Shown: positions 1 through 10,532 of the stretch, in pieces
How the letters are laid out: every line of letters begins with the position of its first letter
Position numbering within the stretch: position 1 is the stretch's first letter
DNA from: Coleofasciculus chthonoplastes F2-STO-03
Lineage (GTDB): Bacteria > Cyanobacteriota > Cyanobacteriia > Cyanobacteriales > Coleofasciculaceae
Length of the DNA stretch: 64,000 nucleotides
NCBI GenBank assembly: GCA_040222015.1
Contig: JAVJWO010000159.1
Location: forward strand, 1 to 64,000
Direction of reading: 5' to 3'
Translations under genes and position numbers: made by a program
The notes under the pieces: model-generated
The model's database searches: none
The model's input: only the letters and a program-made list of their open reading frames with translations
Told to the model about the DNA's origin: nothing

Positions 1-547
1 CACCCACTACAGGGTGGGGTTTGGGGCGGTTGACTGGTTCATATTCCAGCTTAAAGCTGATAAACCATCGGTCAGCCGTCCTGGATATGGTCACAGATTT
101 GGGCTGAAAACAAACGGGTAGCCGTTCGTGGGTTCTTAGCCTACCAATGACCGGAACTCTAATTTTAAAATGGTCGAGCTTAATTGACCCGTCTAGAGTA
201 AAGCTGTCATGTTTTCCCTTGCGCTTGAACTGAGGCGGTTTTTTGTTTTTCTTGAACGCATCTTTCCAAGCTTGGGCTAATTGTCTAAGCGCAAACTGGG
301 GGGCGCATTTGCTCACCTCATAGTACCAAGGGCAGATGGGTTTAACCAGCGCTACTAACCACTTGTGTAAGTCAATCCCAGTGGGGAACTTGATTTTATC
401 CTCTTTTGTGTCCCGGTTGTGGTCGAGTATTTGCTTGGTTAAACCTAGACCCCAATTCCACGCATGACGGGAAACGCCAGCGTGTTTGGCTAATGCCGTT
501 CGCTGCTTGTTGTTGAGTTTTAGCTCGGTTTTGAACCCTAACAGCAT
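1..547 (-). mobile_element. tnpB: TnpB (IS200/IS605/IS607-type accessory nuclease), N-terminal part; runs off the window start
   Basis: Not in the ORF track. Hand translation from ATG at 547: MLLGFKTELKLNNKQRTALAKHAGVSRHAWNWGLGLT... is a typical TnpB N-terminus. The frame ends ...PKPHPVVG at base 1, just before the expected RuvC-I Asp. Confidence 0.85.
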
Positions 548-607
548 AGTCTACCTATCCAATGCCTGTTATACTCATATTATATATGATGACACAAGTG
601 TAACAGA

Positions 608-787
608 ATGCCTAGAAAAAAAATTTATAACGAGCCTAAACGACGATTTACAATGACTTTGACAGAAACAGCAATAAATTGGCTAGAGGAGGAAAGGGTA
701 AGAATAGGGGCAAACAGCCTCAGCGATACGATTGAGCGAATGGCGAGAAACAAAGAAAAGTTACTCAAAATGTCTAGCAATGAATAG
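608..787 (+). CDS. 59-aa probable ribbon-helix-helix (CopG-like) DNA-binding protein, divergent from tnpB
   Basis: Hand translation MPRKKIYNEPKRRFTMTLTETAINWLEEERVRIGANSLSDTIERMARNKEKLLKMSSNE*; beta-strand (RFTMTL) followed by two helices ending in SLSDTIE. Confidence 0.65.
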   Translation: MPRKKIYNEPKRRFTMTLTETAINWLEEERVRIGANSLSDTIERMARNKEKLLKMSSNE

Positions 788-1017
788 CTTTGAGCAGAGA
801 TTAGGTTACAGTTATCAATCCCTGACTTCTACACTAGCTTATCGTGCCTTGGAGCCTTCTGCCCTCTGCCTTGTCTCCACCAATAGTATAAGTATTCAAC
901 CGGACATGATATAACCCCACCCAAATCAACGATTCAGATGGGGATAAATACGGCAAAACCTCAGTCAGTGAAACACTTTCTGAGGAACCTTTATTGGGAA
1001 CACACTGAGTTAGGAGA

Positions 1018-1731
1018 TTACTTCTTTTGTTTGAGCTGCTTCAAGATTGAACCGACACCCAAGGAACCCACAGCGAGTAAGCCACCGATTGTACCGGGTT
1101 CAGGAACCTCTGTCTGATCATAGGTCTGAACGATTGATGAAATTTCCGCAGAACCACCCGCTTCGGCTTCAACCCGAATCTCTTTGGTAATGTTTAATTT
1201 TTTGTATGGGGTAGCTAGGTCAAAATCTTCGCCTTCTAGTGCTGGATCTTGTAAGTCTGATCCCCCTTCATAAGGATTAGACACCATTAGTTCGGCAACA
1301 ATCGTACCATCGACTCTAGCCGTCTCCTTCACACTGGCTTTTCCATTCCCCGCAAAGGCTCCGTTAAATGCCAAATTAATCGAGTCAATCGCCTTGGTGG
1401 GATCTAAAGCTTCGACATCAAAGCTAATTAAGGTTTCCAGGAACTCAGTGTCTGGTGAAGCAAAATTAGTTACAGAAAAAGGTCCTTGGATATCAATGCC
1501 AAAGGGACTGTTTTCAATGGTATTGATCTTAATTTCGTCACAACTGTTAGGAACCAGCAGTGCCATATCAGAAGTAGAGAGTGCACACTGAAAGTTACTG
1601 AATCTTTTATCTCCCACATCCAGAAAGCCGTTGCCAATCTCTCCCAATGTGATCGCCTGAGCTGGAGCGGCTAGAGTGCCTACCACTGTGACGCCTGTAA
1701 CTGCTGCTGCTATTGCCCATTTATGTATCAT
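1018..1731 (-). CDS. PEP-CTERM sorting domain exported protein
   Basis: Signal peptide ending APAQA; C-terminal VPEPGT + hydrophobic helix + basic tail. Confidence 0.9.
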   Translation of the reverse strand: MIHKWAIAAAVTGVTVVGTLAAPAQAITLGEIGNGFLDVGDKRFSNFQCALSTSDMALLVPNSCDEIKINTIENSPFGIDIQGPFSVTNFASPDTEFLETLISFDVEALDPTKAIDSINLAFNGAFAGNGKASVKETARVDGTIVAELMVSNPYEGGSDLQDPALEGEDFDLATPYKKLNITKEIRVEAEAGGSAEISSIVQTYDQTEVPEPGTIGGLLAVGSLGVGSILKQLKQKK

Positions 1732-2208
1732 ATTATCTTTCCTTAACTGAACTGGACGACTGTGAATGGCGAAGGTTTTTTAGAAGAGGTTAATCTTCAT
1801 CTCTATATTTCTCTCTCTTTAAAGATACCTCATATAAACTTTGCTGTCATTCCCTCTACAGTAAAGACTTGATGAAATTACGGCTGGATTATTATGAAGT
1901 TTTGGTAAACCTTGAGCCAGAATAGTAAATTGGCATACCTTTGACATGAGGGCGTTGAGCGATGATATCCGAACTGATACGCAAGTTATCAATCTCAGGG
2001 ATGTTGAATCCCATCGATTGATCGCCTATTCATCCCAACGCCAACCTAAGTTGTTACTGAGCCTGTCGAAGTACAGGTATGGCGTTGGGCTTCCGGCTTT
2101 AGCTTATCCGGCTAAAAAAAATCGGGTAAGTGCTCAATCGTACTATACCCTCTCTTTTTTGCCCTGCCACCATATCTATCTAGAGTGGTGGGCTAATATG
2201 GCTTTGGC

Positions 2209-2964
2209 TTAGTTGTTGTCGTTGTCAGAAGGAAAGAAAGATGTAAACCCACTGAATTGACGGTTGCGCTTGAACATGAAGCCGAGACCTAAGGAACCTA
2301 ACACCAGCAAGCCACCCATGGTTCCGGGTTCGGGTACATCTTTTATGTAGTTCTGTCCAATCAATGAAATTTCGGCTGAACTGCCTGGACCGGCTTGAAG
2401 CAAGATGTCTTTGACAATCCGTACTTTACCGACTGGGTAGAGTAGGTCAAAGTCTCCGGCTTCCAATGCAGGATCTTGTAAGTCTGTACCTGCGCCTGAA
2501 TTGGTCACCTTGAGCTGTCCAATGATATCGCCATTCATATCATAGGCTGTCTCGGTCACACTAGCTCGCGCTAATCCCTCAAATGCTCCGTTAAAGGCAA
2601 GCTCAATATTGGTGATTGGGCTTCCATTCTTAGCCATTACATCAAAGCCAATGAGGGCATCTATGAAAGCCGTTCCCGAGTCTCCTAGATTCGTGGCGGA
2701 GAAGGGTCCCTGGATTTCCAGGTTAAAGGCAGGATCTGTGTCATTTATTTCTATGTCGTCGCAACTGTTGGGAACTAGAAGCTCTGTACCGAGATTGGAT
2801 GTGGCTAAGTTGCAAGTAAAGTTGCTGTAGGTGAAATGCTCGCTCATGAAGGTGCCGTCACCTGCCCAAATTTCTCCCAAGCTGATTGCTTGAGCGGGAG
2901 CGGCAAGAGTTCCAACTACTGTTGCGCCTGTAGCGGCGGCGGCGATTGCCCATTTGTTCATCAT
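2209..2964 (-). CDS. PEP-CTERM sorting domain exported protein, paralog of 1018..1731
   Basis: Near-identical signal peptide; shared LLVPNSCD, QGPFS, LAFNGAF and DLQDPALE blocks; VPEPGT tail. Confidence 0.9.
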   Translation of the reverse strand: MMNKWAIAAAATGATVVGTLAAPAQAISLGEIWAGDGTFMSEHFTYSNFTCNLATSNLGTELLVPNSCDDIEINDTDPAFNLEIQGPFSATNLGDSGTAFIDALIGFDVMAKNGSPITNIELAFNGAFEGLARASVTETAYDMNGDIIGQLKVTNSGAGTDLQDPALEAGDFDLLYPVGKVRIVKDILLQAGPGSSAEISLIGQNYIKDVPEPGTMGGLLVLGSLGLGFMFKRNRQFSGFTSFFPSDNDNN

Positions 2965-3407
2965 ATCTGAAGCTCCTTGAGTAATAACCAGGTCTAGTGT
3001 GTATCTTCGGCTTTAGCTTTTTTCTCTGCCTAAGCTAACTTCATATTACTCAAGCTTTCTGAAAGTATCCATAAAGTTACGATGAACTTTCTGTAAACTT
3101 TTCATAAAGTTGCCTTCAATGAGGCAGACATCCTACTTTTAGGTGATTTTTCGGGATTTAGATTACAAAAAAAGTGTGATTTCCGTCATTGAATCATTAA
3201 AGTAACTGACAAAAGTGGATGCATAACAAATAAAATAAAGTTTTGTCAAGATCAATTGAAGATCATTAAGCGCAAGTTTAGAAGCGCTATCTTTTGCCCG
3301 ATTCAGTAGAGGCACAATATATCGTACCCCTACGGTTTGGCAGGATTACGAGAATTTTAGTTTTGGACAATTAGCCTGTAGAGACGTTGCCGCCAACATC
3401 TCTCCTC

Positions 3408-4760
3408 TCAGTTAGCCAAGCGATCGCGGAAATACGCCTCATACAACTGACAGCTTACCACCACGCGATCGCGAACCCAACGCACTAACCCCAAACTGTG
3501 TAGCTTCACCATCTGAATTGGATCAAGTTCTACAGCATCATTTGCCTTAAGCACCTGCTGATACGCAACCGCTAAATCTGGATACTGGCGCAGCCTCCAT
3601 AAATGGTGATGCAGGTGATTTCCATAAATTCCTGTATCCGTCGCTACAGTTTCTACGACCGATTGTAAACTCACCTGATGCTTGACCATTTCATAGAACA
3701 TCAAACGCACCAAATAGGGAAACCCTCCCACTAACCGCATAAGCTGATCCAGTTCCTGGGATGATAAATAGAGTCCATAACGTTTTGCCAACTCGTAGAC
3801 TTGTTCACGAGTAAACGGGGATAACTGAATCCCTAACCCCAAAGTCAACAGCGATTGATAGTCATGAAACCAACAATAACCCTCAGAGGAATGAACCAGC
3901 ACCAAGCGTAGGTTGGAAAAGACGGGGATATCTTTAGTATCCTCTTGCCAGGAGTGTAATAATGCCAAAAAGTCCCCCGCGATCGCAGGATACTCGAAGA
4001 CTTGATTCACCTCATCAATGGCTAATACCACTGGGCGATCGCTCCCAGCTAGCAAATACTCCTGGAAATAAAGCGTGCAGCTAACCAAACAGCCCATTGC
4101 TTCATCCCAATACTCATCCAGCTTCGGTTCTAATTTAAGTTGTCGTGTCACATTGACACAAAGCCAACGCAAAAATGTTGCGATCGCACTAAACACCGGA
4201 CTCTCTGCCTGATGTAAACTTAATCGTACCGTCCGATAGTTCTGCTTCTGTGCATCAGCCAGAATTCTTGCCATTAACGAGGTTTTCCCCATCTGCTGGG
4301 AACCCTGCAAACGCAGGATGGTGGCAGGTTGGCGGATTTGCTGACAGCAGTCTGATTCTATAGGCGATCGCTCAATATAATAGATAGAGTTCAACGGAAC
4401 CTGTCCCTCTGGTACTTCTAAGGGAACAAACTGCCTAGGTTTTAGGAAGTTAGCCGTTGCCAAACCCTTGTCACTGAACAGTCTTCGTTCGAGTACCGAG
4501 CGAAAATTCGTCTTATTAACTTTTTCCTCGCAGGCGTTTGAGAGTAAGTGCCATAACTTCGGCGCGACACCTTGCTTAATATAGTTGGCAGAATAACCAT
4601 TCTCCTTCGCAATCTGGTCATAGGTTTTAGGTTCATCCTGCCATGATGCCCACAAAATCGCTTTTTGAATATAACTCAGCGAATGATCGGTCTTGGCAAC
4701 CAGGAACGTATCAATACATTCCAATACCTGATCAATTGGACGATGCCCCTGTGTAATCAT
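3408..4760 (-). CDS. AAA-like (AAA_35-type) NTPase with N-terminal HTH-like domain
   Basis: YIER motif, Walker A-like GSQQMGKTS, Walker B VLAIDEV; N-terminal TYDQIAKENGYSANYIK helix-turn-helix. Confidence 0.8.
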   Translation of the reverse strand: MITQGHRPIDQVLECIDTFLVAKTDHSLSYIQKAILWASWQDEPKTYDQIAKENGYSANYIKQGVAPKLWHLLSNACEEKVNKTNFRSVLERRLFSDKGLATANFLKPRQFVPLEVPEGQVPLNSIYYIERSPIESDCCQQIRQPATILRLQGSQQMGKTSLMARILADAQKQNYRTVRLSLHQAESPVFSAIATFLRWLCVNVTRQLKLEPKLDEYWDEAMGCLVSCTLYFQEYLLAGSDRPVVLAIDEVNQVFEYPAIAGDFLALLHSWQEDTKDIPVFSNLRLVLVHSSEGYCWFHDYQSLLTLGLGIQLSPFTREQVYELAKRYGLYLSSQELDQLMRLVGGFPYLVRLMFYEMVKHQVSLQSVVETVATDTGIYGNHLHHHLWRLRQYPDLAVAYQQVLKANDAVELDPIQMVKLHSLGLVRWVRDRVVVSCQLYEAYFRDRLAN

Positions 4761-5470
4761 CGTATCTATATATGATTCAAGCCCCCGACTTATAGTCGTG
4801 GGGTTCCTGACATAAGTTCACAAAAATAGACCAGGATGACTCCCTCAACTTATCATTTTAGTATATTGACAAACGTATTATTGTGTGCATTGCTCCCTAC
4901 TGGAAGAGGATAAAGGGTGACCTCCCCCTAACCAAGATATAAACTTTATATATTGACAAATAGGAAAAATTAAATAGTCTAATCAGGTTTCAACATCCAA
5001 TTGAGTTTGTCAACCCTCTTACTTAAAGAGTCTGTAAAGTTGGCGGGACAGCGATTAAAGATTAGATAAAGCTTCCCCGTTCAGCCGCACAAATTTTATG
5101 TCAAATTTATATATTGTTGATAGAGATTAAATTTGGCATCATAAAAAGTATAGATGGTAGGTTGTGAAACGCCATAAAATTTATTCCTCAATTTAATGAG
5201 GATAGGCTGGAAGAGAGGTCGCTGGTATTGATCCGCATTCTTGGCTAAAGCTATTAACCACAAATCGCTTTTGATTTGAGTGATTGTTAAGGCGTCGTAG
5301 CTGGAGCGATCGCAGTGATGAACGGGCGTCTAAAAATTCAATGGATTTAACCGGAACCTTAGGGATTACTCCTGTAAATCTGGCAGATAAAAGCTGGTCT
5401 GATCCAAATGAATTTGTCTGGTAGAATTTGCGGAATAATTACCCTTGTTTGCAAAACGGATTTAGATATC

Positions 5471-5830
5471 ATGAAAATCCTTGTCGTTGAAGATAACCTA
5501 GACTTTGCTGAAGCGTTGTTTGAATGTCTCACGTTTGAAGGCTATATCGTCGATGTAGTCACAAATGGTGCAGCGGCTTTAGAACGGGCAGTAATCACGG
5601 ACTACGACTTGGTACTTTCTGATATCGAGCTTCCCCAACTTGATGGGATAAGCCTTTGTAAAAAATTGCGTTATCATGGCTATCATCTACCTATATACTT
5701 AATGACAGGTTTAGAACGAGATTTGCCAATAATCTCGACGAATGAAGCCAAAGCTAATGGTTATTTTTTTAAACCGTTTAGTTTTCAAGAGTTATTAGAT
5801 CGGATTCAATCCCACTATCTCTGTTTCTAA
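5471..5830 (+). CDS. Single-domain response regulator (receiver)
   Basis: MKILVVEDN start (ATG 5471 preferred over 5408), DLVLSD phosphoacceptor, FFKPF. Confidence 0.85.
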   Translation: MKILVVEDNLDFAEALFECLTFEGYIVDVVTNGAAALERAVITDYDLVLSDIELPQLDGISLCKKLRYHGYHLPIYLMTGLERDLPIISTNEAKANGYFFKPFSFQELLDRIQSHYLCF

Positions 5831-5985
5831 GTCAAACGTCTTCGGGGAGGAGTGGCTGGCGTTCTGTAAAACTTGTCCCGAATAACCACTTAAAAAAATC
5901 AAAACTTCTGTATAGATCAGGGCTTTCGCTTACCTCCCTACTTTAAAGAATTTAAAGTCAACCCTTAAAAACCCTTTCAATTATC

Positions 5986-6849
5986 ATGTGCATCACAGGT
6001 TCTCTTGCTGATTTTTCTCTACCGCAAGTTTTTTGCTTACTCGAAACCGGACATCAAAGCGGTTTACTCACTCTGCATCCTGCGGGTACGGATCAAACGT
6101 CCTCAAATCAAGCGTATTATCTCTGGGTGTATCGGGGACAGCTTGTCGGAATGGCAAATTTGTTAGATCGTCAAGGTTTAGTCTCCTTAATTGCCCAACG
6201 GCGCTGGCTAAAGGATACTTGTCCATCCAGTCTCTTTGCTAAACTGACGAGATTATGTCCCAAGCATCAACCTTTGGGTTCTTATCTGAAAAAACAGGGT
6301 ATTTTAACTAACCAACAACTCAAGTGGCTATTCCAAGTTCAAGTTCTCCAGCCTTTGTGTGATGCATTTCAACTTAAAGCAGGTCACTTTAGGTTTGATC
6401 ATAATGTACCGCTACCGACAATAGAAATGACGGGTTTGAGTATATCGGCGACATTCGCCACGTTGATGGGACTGAGAAATTTGCCAAGTTGGGATGCTTT
6501 GGCGGATCACTTACCTGATCCGGATATGGGTTTAGCCAGTTTAGGGACAGATCAGTCTGAGTTTCCGTTAAATGATCTAGAGTGGCAAGTTTGGACATAT
6601 ACGGATTGCATGGTATCTCTCAAATCTATCGCCCAATACCTACAACTTCCCCTGAAAATAATACAGCAGATTGCTTTTCGCTTAATTGCGATTGGTTTGG
6701 CGCAAGAGATTTCTCTAGCGGTAGACGATAACTTTACCCCAACTATCGAGTCTCAATCATCAGGGTTGCACCAAGACTCCTATCGGGAAGTCGTTAGTTA
6801 TTCGTTTCTGCAACATTTACTAGGATTTTTAGTTCCTAAAGCGTCTTAG
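5986..6849 (+). CDS. DUF4388/PATAN-domain protein
   Basis: N-terminal GSLADFSLPQVF...SGLLTL signature, LGSYLKKQGIL, C-terminal wHTH-like LEWQVW...SLKSIA. Confidence 0.8.
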   Translation: MCITGSLADFSLPQVFCLLETGHQSGLLTLHPAGTDQTSSNQAYYLWVYRGQLVGMANLLDRQGLVSLIAQRRWLKDTCPSSLFAKLTRLCPKHQPLGSYLKKQGILTNQQLKWLFQVQVLQPLCDAFQLKAGHFRFDHNVPLPTIEMTGLSISATFATLMGLRNLPSWDALADHLPDPDMGLASLGTDQSEFPLNDLEWQVWTYTDCMVSLKSIAQYLQLPLKIIQQIAFRLIAIGLAQEISLAVDDNFTPTIESQSSGLHQDSYREVVSYSFLQHLLGFLVPKAS

Positions 6850-6859
6850 GGTAATTTCT

Positions 6860-6920
6860 TCTTCCCCTGCTTCCCCTGCTTCCCCTGCTCCCTCTGCTTC
6901 CCCTGCTCCCTCTGCTCCTC
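6860..6920. repeat. Short tandem 9-mer repeat (CTTCCCCTG/CTCCCTCTG, ~6-7 units)
   Basis: Directly visible between convergent genes. Confidence 0.85.
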
Positions 6921-6950
6921 TTAACCGAGCAGTATTGACCCTACATCACT

Positions 6951-7511
6951 TTAAAGCTGACGCCGACGACGCGATCGATAAGAGGCGCGAACCCGCCGAA
7001 TCAGTGTCAATCCTAGGAAATAACTAAAAATTCCACCAACCATCCCCACCGTAAAGCAGCCGACAAATAGCGTCCAGATAATCTCAGATCCCAACGTCTT
7101 GAACTCCTGCCAAGATCCGAGGCTAATATCGGTTAAGCTATTTTTCTGGAGTAGCCATTTTCCCAGGTGGAAGTTAAATGCATAAATCGGCACATAAGTC
7201 AATGGATTACTCACCCAAGTACCAGCCACCGCGATAATTTTATTGCCGCGAAAGATCAGCGCTAGACATATCCCTAAAATCGTTTGTAGCCCAAATAGGG
7301 GAAACAGCCCCGCAAACACACCACAGGCTAATCCGCGTGCGATCGCCTCTGGGGGTCCAGAGAGACGAATTAAGCGCCAGTAATAGTATTGTAAGCGCCG
7401 TCGGAAACTAGATCCGACTTTGGGATTGCGATCAGGGGAAGGGCGAATGGGTGTAGAGTTTACCTCCAATGATGAACGTTGGGGACGAGTTTGCAGGGAA
7501 TTCCTCGACAT
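6951..7511 (-). CDS. DUF2062 family membrane protein
   Basis: PEAIARGLACGVFAGLFPLFGLQT and GTWVSNPLT motifs. Confidence 0.85.
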   Translation of the reverse strand: MSRNSLQTRPQRSSLEVNSTPIRPSPDRNPKVGSSFRRRLQYYYWRLIRLSGPPEAIARGLACGVFAGLFPLFGLQTILGICLALIFRGNKIIAVAGTWVSNPLTYVPIYAFNFHLGKWLLQKNSLTDISLGSWQEFKTLGSEIIWTLFVGCFTVGMVGGIFSYFLGLTLIRRVRASYRSRRRRQL

Positions 7512-7613
7512 ATAGGCTAGAGAATCTACAGTTACAGCAAGGGCGGGACAGGATATACACTCATCCTAACCGACCCGTGCGATCGCGATCGAGTTCCATC
7601 TTCATCATTTAGA

Positions 7614-8726
7614 TCAGATCGTAATCGGTGAATCCACATAAATCGTCGGTTCATTCATCTTAAAGTTAATTCCATAAGCGAGTAACTGCTTGGAAATTTT
7701 TTCATTAGCGAGTTCCAAGAGACGCTTCCGCAATTGAATTGAATTTTCACTTGAGCCGAGAATAAAAAACGTTACCCTCGCCCGGGTGGTTTTGTCCTCT
7801 AGGGAGGGAATTAAGGTAATACTTGTACTTCCCGGATCAATGCCGAATAAAGAGTTTGTGCTTTCAGCAATAATTTGCTGAACTAAAGCTTTTTCTCGTT
7901 CTTCCAGAAGTTGAGAAAAATCCAAATAGAGTAATACCATCACTTTCTTCCCTCGGGTGACATTTTCGATTTCCCAATTTGCCATCGTTGAGTTGGGAAC
8001 AATCAAAAGTGTGCTTTTAGCCGCTGTGCGGATTTTTGTAGACCGCAAGCCAATTGATTCAACCCGACCAAACACTCCATCTGGTAGACGAACATACTCT
8101 CCGGGAATAAACGGACGGTCTAAATAAAGGACAATCGTCCCCAAAAGCTGCTCCAATGTCTTTTGTGCGGCAAACGCGATCGCAATACCGCCAATCCCAA
8201 AACTGGCGAGTAATCCGACTAAATTTACTTGCTGGCTTTGAGCAAATGCAACCACGGCAATAAATCCGATGATGACATTCGCTAGAGTCTCAAAAACTAG
8301 GAGCATTTCATCAACTTCTCGACCGAGTTTCCGCACTAATCCTATTCCATACACTCGCACAAACTGGCGAAATAAGCGAGAGGCTAACCACGCCACACTC
8401 ACGGTTACGGCTAAATCCATAAAGGGAAGAAGGAAGTCATGCAGTCCCTGATACACCCCCAGCCAAGCCAGTGAGAATGACAGTAAAATTAAGGTGCCAG
8501 CAAATTTGAAAGCTTGTTGGAGTGGGTCAATCAAATTATCATAAATTTCCTTTCCCTGCTGAAGTGAAAATCGGTGGATAATCCAGCTCACCAGAATCGG
8601 AGTGTATCGACCTGCCAAAACAGAGAGGAGAGCAAATATCAGGAAAAGAACATAGTTGGGCAGATTTAAGGAGTACACAAACAGAGAAACATCACTAATC
8701 GTGTTAGGGATATCAGTTAAGTTCAT
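7614..8726 (-). CDS. mscS: Small-conductance mechanosensitive channel family protein
   Basis: GIGGIAIAFAAQKTL, DRPF, GRVESIGLRSTKIR, IVPNS. Confidence 0.9.
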   Translation of the reverse strand: MNLTDIPNTISDVSLFVYSLNLPNYVLFLIFALLSVLAGRYTPILVSWIIHRFSLQQGKEIYDNLIDPLQQAFKFAGTLILLSFSLAWLGVYQGLHDFLLPFMDLAVTVSVAWLASRLFRQFVRVYGIGLVRKLGREVDEMLLVFETLANVIIGFIAVVAFAQSQQVNLVGLLASFGIGGIAIAFAAQKTLEQLLGTIVLYLDRPFIPGEYVRLPDGVFGRVESIGLRSTKIRTAAKSTLLIVPNSTMANWEIENVTRGKKVMVLLYLDFSQLLEEREKALVQQIIAESTNSLFGIDPGSTSITLIPSLEDKTTRARVTFFILGSSENSIQLRKRLLELANEKISKQLLAYGINFKMNEPTIYVDSPITI

Positions 8727-8843
8727 CAGCGAGTAAGGCTACTTTAGAAATCAGAATGGCTAGAGGGACACGACATATCGCATCTGTATTTTATATAATA
8801 AACTGTAATGCCTTTCATTTGAAAATTTAAACGATCTCCATAC

Positions 8844-8933
8844 CGAATAGCGAGCGAGACGCGAATAGCGAGCGAGACGCGAATAGCGAGCGAGACGCGA
8901 ATAGCGAGCGAGACGCGAATAGCGAGCGAGACG
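8844..8933. repeat. Perfect tandem repeat CGAATAGCGAGCGAGACG x5
   Basis: Five exact 18-bp units with no spacers. Confidence 0.95.
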
Positions 8934-9117
8934 CTCGCACTACTGTTGCCTCCTGCTTTGGAGCCTCTTCCCTCCACCACAACACTTATTCAGAATGCCC
9001 TAAGGAGGTCGGCGGCAATAAACCTACCTATATTAAGTTCTGTAAATGCACATCAAACCCTTACAAATGACAAATGACGCTCTCAGCCGTTAACTTTTAT
9101 TGTGCCCATCTACTTAC

Positions 9118-10200
9118 TTAGATCGTAATGGGTGAATCGACATTAATGGTTTGTTCTTCGATGTCAAAGGCAATACCATATTCCTTGAGTTGATTGGTGA
9201 TATTTTGTTTAGCAATATCCAGGAGTTGACGCCGCAATTCCATCGAGAACTCACCAGAACCCAGGATAAAAAAGTTAATTTGGGCTTGAGTCATTCCCGA
9301 CGCTCCATCTTGGATAATATCTTTAAACGTGACATCTGTACTGCGAGAGTCAATCCCAAAAATATCAATCGTGCTTTCTAAGATAACTTGGCGGATCAGC
9401 GATTTTTCTTGGTCGGGCATCGGACGATAGAAAATTAATGAGATAATTGAAATTACCTTCTTAGCACCCGTGAAGTTTTCGATACTGACCTGAGTTAGAG
9501 AACTATTGGGAATAACCATTAACGTTCCTTTCCCAGAGGAGCGGATTTTGGTAGACCGCAGTCCAATGGATTCGACTCTGCCAAATGTACCATCCGGTAG
9601 ACCGATATAATCATCGACGACAAAGGGACGGTCAATATAAATTACAATCCCACCCAGTAGCTGTTCCAGGGTTTTTTGTGCTGCAAACGCCACCGCCAGT
9701 CCACCAATTCCCAAACTTGCAAACAAGCCAAAAATATTGATTTGATGGGTTTGGGCAAAGATAAGGATGATGGTGACAATAATCAGTAAATTGACAACCA
9801 GTTTGGAAAGGAGTAATAATTCACTATTAACCTTCCGTCCACTTTGCAGGGTAGCATTTAACAGATAGGCATCAAAAAACCGCTTGAATAACCGAGAGCC
9901 TAATAAACTCGCTGTAATCGCTAAGGCGAGACTGATGGGAAGTTCTATCAGCTTGATGAACTCTCGTCTGGCATAAGCGAGAAATATAATATCGGTCAAG
10001 GTTAGACTCAGGACTAACCCCAGTAATGCTTTTTCCGGTTGAATCACCTTAGGATAGATATCCCTGAACCGCTCCCATAGCGAACCTAGCCAGCGAAAGG
10101 CAAACAAACTGCCCGCGATCGCGAAAATTCCGGCTAGGGCGAGTAAGATGAATGTTTTCAGGAAATCGAAATCCAGTAATTCGGGTAAGGCATCCAGCAT
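9118..10200 (-). CDS. mscS: Small-conductance mechanosensitive channel family protein (paralog)
   Basis: GIGGLAVAFAAQKTL, DRPF, GRVESIGLRSTKIR; shares the C-terminal VDSPITI. Confidence 0.9.
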   Translation of the reverse strand: MLDALPELLDFDFLKTFILLALAGIFAIAGSLFAFRWLGSLWERFRDIYPKVIQPEKALLGLVLSLTLTDIIFLAYARREFIKLIELPISLALAITASLLGSRLFKRFFDAYLLNATLQSGRKVNSELLLLSKLVVNLLIIVTIILIFAQTHQINIFGLFASLGIGGLAVAFAAQKTLEQLLGGIVIYIDRPFVVDDYIGLPDGTFGRVESIGLRSTKIRSSGKGTLMVIPNSSLTQVSIENFTGAKKVISIISLIFYRPMPDQEKSLIRQVILESTIDIFGIDSRSTDVTFKDIIQDGASGMTQAQINFFILGSGEFSMELRRQLLDIAKQNITNQLKEYGIAFDIEEQTINVDSPITI

Positions 10201-10532
10201 TTGGGATACTCCAATCTGTGGTCAGTCTCCTAGCTACTGCTTGACTCTGGCAGCAATCGGAGATTTAATGGCGCTATCGCTAGGGCTAAGAGTAGATATT
10301 ATATCTGATGGTTATCTCAGTTGACGAATGCTGGTAACTCACCTAGTTGAACCACCATCTGTAGGGGGAATTCAGGAATTGCCCTTACTATGCCGGATCT
10401 GTACGTCAATCCTAATTAGTGTTTAGACTAACAGTGACTCCCAGGTAGTTGGAGAAGATATTTATCAACGGATTCAGGGATAGGAATCTCCAATTTAAGC
10501 AATGAGCCGTTTAAACTATTATGGTGTGGGGT

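Noticed and set aside
3220..3250. TGCATA hexamer (another at 7179) as extra promoter copies
   Set aside because: No CTAATA-like box 16-17 bp downstream; the 7179 copy is inside a gene on the opposite strand
8844..8933. Possible CRISPR array
   Set aside because: 18-bp units are directly adjacent with no spacers and no cas genes
8744..8980. 78-aa ORF with VSLAIR repeats
   Set aside because: Translation of the tandem repeat, not a credible gene
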